Shown: in pieces, positions 61,180-64,000 of the stretch
How the letters are laid out: every line of letters starts with the position of its first letter
Position numbering within the stretch: position 1 is the stretch's first letter
Assembly: GCF_009914755.1 (NCBI RefSeq)
Contig: NC_060928.1
From: the human T2T-CHM13v2.0 reference genome, Homo sapiens
DNA: 64,000 bases
Strand: one strand, 5' to 3'
Made by a program: the position numbers and the translations under genes
The notes under the pieces: model-generated
The model's input: only the letters and a program-made list of their open reading frames with translations
Database searches by the model: none
What the model was told of the DNA's origin: nothing

Positions 61180-61935
61180 TGAAAAGTGAAATTTATAGGT
61201 ATCAGTACATACATCAAAAAAAGAAAAACATTTTTTAAAATAACCTAATAATGCATCTTAATGAATTAGAAAAGCAAAAGCAAACTAAACCCAAAATTAG
61301 TAGGAAAAAAAAGAAATAAAGATCAGAGCAGAAATCAATGTAACTGAAATGAAGAAAATACAAAATATTAGGATGCAAAGTTGTTTTTTAAAAAAGATAA
61401 AATTGACAAACCTGTAGCCAGACTAAGAAAAGAAGAGAGATATCCCAAATAAGTAAAATCAGAGATGAAAAAGGAGACATTGCAACTGATATTACAAAAA
61501 TCCAAAGGATCATTCGTGGCTACTGTGAGCAACTGTATGCCAATAAATTGGAAAATCCAGAGAAAATGGACAAATTCCTAGACACACACAACCTACCCAG
61601 ATTGAACCAGAAGAAATCTGAAGTCTAAACAGACCAATAACAAAGCGATATTAGAGAGTCTCCAAGTAAAGAAAAGCCTGAGACTCAATAGCTTCGCTGC
61701 TAAATTCTACCAACATTTAAAGAAGAAATAATGCCAATCCTATTCAAACTATTACAAAATGTAGAAGAGGAGGGAATACTTCCAAACTCATTCTAAAAGG
61801 CCAGGATTACTCTGCTACCAAAATCAAAGACATATCAAATATGATTATTATGCATTGCATGCCTATATCAAAATAACTCATGTAACCCATAAATATATAT
61901 ACCTACTATGTACCCATGAAAATGTTTTTAAAAAT
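61180..61935 (+). mobile_element. L1MA-like element: ORF2 fragment fused to terminal 3' UTR
   Basis: ~61180-61839 aligns by eye to L1HS ORF2 at window ~2680-3375. 61840-61935 (GCATTGCATGCCTATATCAAAA...CCTACTATGTACCCA) is an L1MA-type 3' end. Confidence 0.8.
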
Positions 61936-63025
61936 TATAACCTTGGATTTCTCTCTTAGGAGATTATACTTCTATTGGACCAGTCTAGGATTGTCTTTTT
62001 CTTTTTCATGTTAAAATTATAACTTTTATGAAATTATAAAAATGCTAGATAAAGGGTTTTTTCCCCCAAATCTTCATTAAAATCCTACTTGACCAACAGA
62101 AAAAAAAATGGCTAAGCAGATGAGGGACCCTCTCCAATAAAATACATATATGTATACTGTTTCATGAAAACCCTATATCTGGGAACTCCTGGATCGATAA
62201 CTAACATTTCTTCTAATATGAAGGCCTTGTTGTTCCAAATTGTCCCCACTCACTTATTTCTCCCACCCTACTTAACAGCTTATCACCAGCAAGCAGATTC
62301 CCATACGTGATAACTAATGAAAGAAAACTTAATGTGTCCTAATTCTTTATACAAGAATTAGGTCTTTTGACAGAGATGTATTTCTTTTCTCCATGGCTCT
62401 CTGGTGTAAAACAGGAATACTGGTGGTGATTTAAAAAAATTACCCAGCATCAGAAACAAAAGCAAACAAACCGACTGTGTAGTATTATTGCAGAGCATAG
62501 AGAACATGCTGGGGTGGGTAGAGGGGATTTAGATGGAGAGTGCATTGCTATCCCTTGAAATCGTTAGATGTGCAGCTACTTAATACATGAACTTTTAAAA
62601 ATGCATTAAATGTATACATACATATAAAATGATTCATACCTATCTTTTAAATAGAACAACATGGAGAGACTTTAGAGAATTGTTTTATTATTCAGACATG
62701 TCATTTCCAAAAATATTTTGGTAATTAAATCCAAAATTATTTTCACAACGAATATACTCTACAAATGTGACATGATTTTTTGGAGGGTGGGTAGAAGTCC
62801 CATAAGACAAATACAGTACTACAAAATAACAAAAGTGTTTTTCCTGAAACTTTTCAGTTTTAGAAAAACATGTTTTTTTAATTTGTTTGGATTTTTTTTC
62901 TTTTGTGCAACCTAAAGTAACTACTTTTATGGTTTTGTCCCTTTGTTTTCCATTTATTTTACTTGCTTTGACTATTTTAAAGTGAAACTGAAAAAAAAAA
63001 CAATTTTTTACAAATGTGTCAGCAA

Positions 63026-64000
63026 CTTTTTTTTTACTTTAGGTTCAGGGGTACATGTGCAGGTTTGTTATATAGGTAATTTGTGTGTCACAGGGGTTTG
63101 GTGAACAGATTTTGTCACCCAAGTACTAAGCATAGTACTCAATAAGTACTTCTTTAATCGTCACCCTTCTTGCTCTCTCCACCCTCAGGTAGACCCTGAT
63201 GTCTGGGCCTGTTGTTACCTTCTTTGTGTCCAAATGTACTCAATGTTGTTACCTTCTTTGTGTCCATATGTACTCAATGTTTAGCTCCCTAAGTGTGAAT
63301 ATGTGGTATTTGGTTTTCTGTTCCTATGTTAGTTCACTTAGGATAATGGCCTCCACTTCCCTCCACCTTACTGCAAAAGACATGATCTCATTCTTTATTA
63401 TGGCTGCATAGTATTCCATGGTGTATTTGTATCACATTTTCTTTATCCAATCTACCACTGATGGGCATTTAGGTTGATTCCATGTCTGTGCTATTGTGAA
63501 TAGTGCTGCAATGAACATATGCATGCATGTGTCTTTATGTTAGCATGACTTATATTCCTTTGGGTATATACCCAGTAATAGGATCACTGGGTTGAATTGT
63601 ACTGCTGCTTTGAGTTCTTTGAGAAATTGCTAAACTGCTTTGCACAATGGCTGAATTAATTCACATTCCCCCCAGTGGTGTATAACCATTCTTTTTTTCT
63701 GCAGCATCACCAGCATCTGTTATTTTTTGACTTTGTAATAATAGCCATTCTGACTTATGTGAGATGGTATCTCATTGTGGCTTTGATTTGCATTTCTCTA
63801 ATGATCAGTAATATTGAGCATTTCTTCATAGGCTTGTTGGCCATATGTATGTCTTCCTTTGAAAAATGTCTGCTCATATCCTTTTCCCACTTTTTAATGG
63901 GGTTAATTTTTGGTTGTTGATTTGTTTAAGCTCCCTATAGATTCTGGATATTAGGCCTTTGTTGGATGCATAGTTTGTGAATATTTTCTCCCATTTGGTA
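63026..64000 (-). mobile_element. Old L1PA (L1PA15/16-like) 3' end, continues beyond window
   Basis: Poly-T, TTCAGGGGTACATGTGCAGGTTTGTTA..., then reverse-complement ORF2 C-terminus. Contains a 34-bp tandem duplication at 63210-63277. Confidence 0.9.

Overview
AT-rich primate genomic DNA, almost certainly human because it carries an L1HS Ta-subset LINE-1. It is intergenic or deep-intronic; I recognise no host protein-coding exon and cannot name the locus. The dominant feature is a + strand LINE-1 (1-5883; the first ~190 nt of its 5' UTR lie outside the window or are truncated). It has intact ORF1 (338 aa), ORF2 (1275 aa), antisense ORF0 (71 aa), Ta/Ta-1 diagnostic bases and an uninterrupted A54 tail, so it is a candidate young, retrotransposition-competent element. 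The other ~58 kb hold Alus, older L1 fragments, L2/MIR, DNA-transposon relics, an ERVL-type LTR and microsatellites. Notable details: a perfect 202-bp tandem duplication of an Alu 3' end plus flank; a short L1PA insertion showing both a twin-priming 5' inversion and a short 3' transduction; an inverted pair of ~97% identical L1PA 3' fragments ~27.5 kb apart that share unusual variants; a templated-looking insertion inside an Alu; an internally deleted L1MA; and several splice-site-bounded candidate non-coding exons. I found no convincing previously undescribed biological system. The findings are locus-specific instances of known retrotransposon and repair mechanisms. Subfamily calls are from memory of consensus sequences, not database searches.
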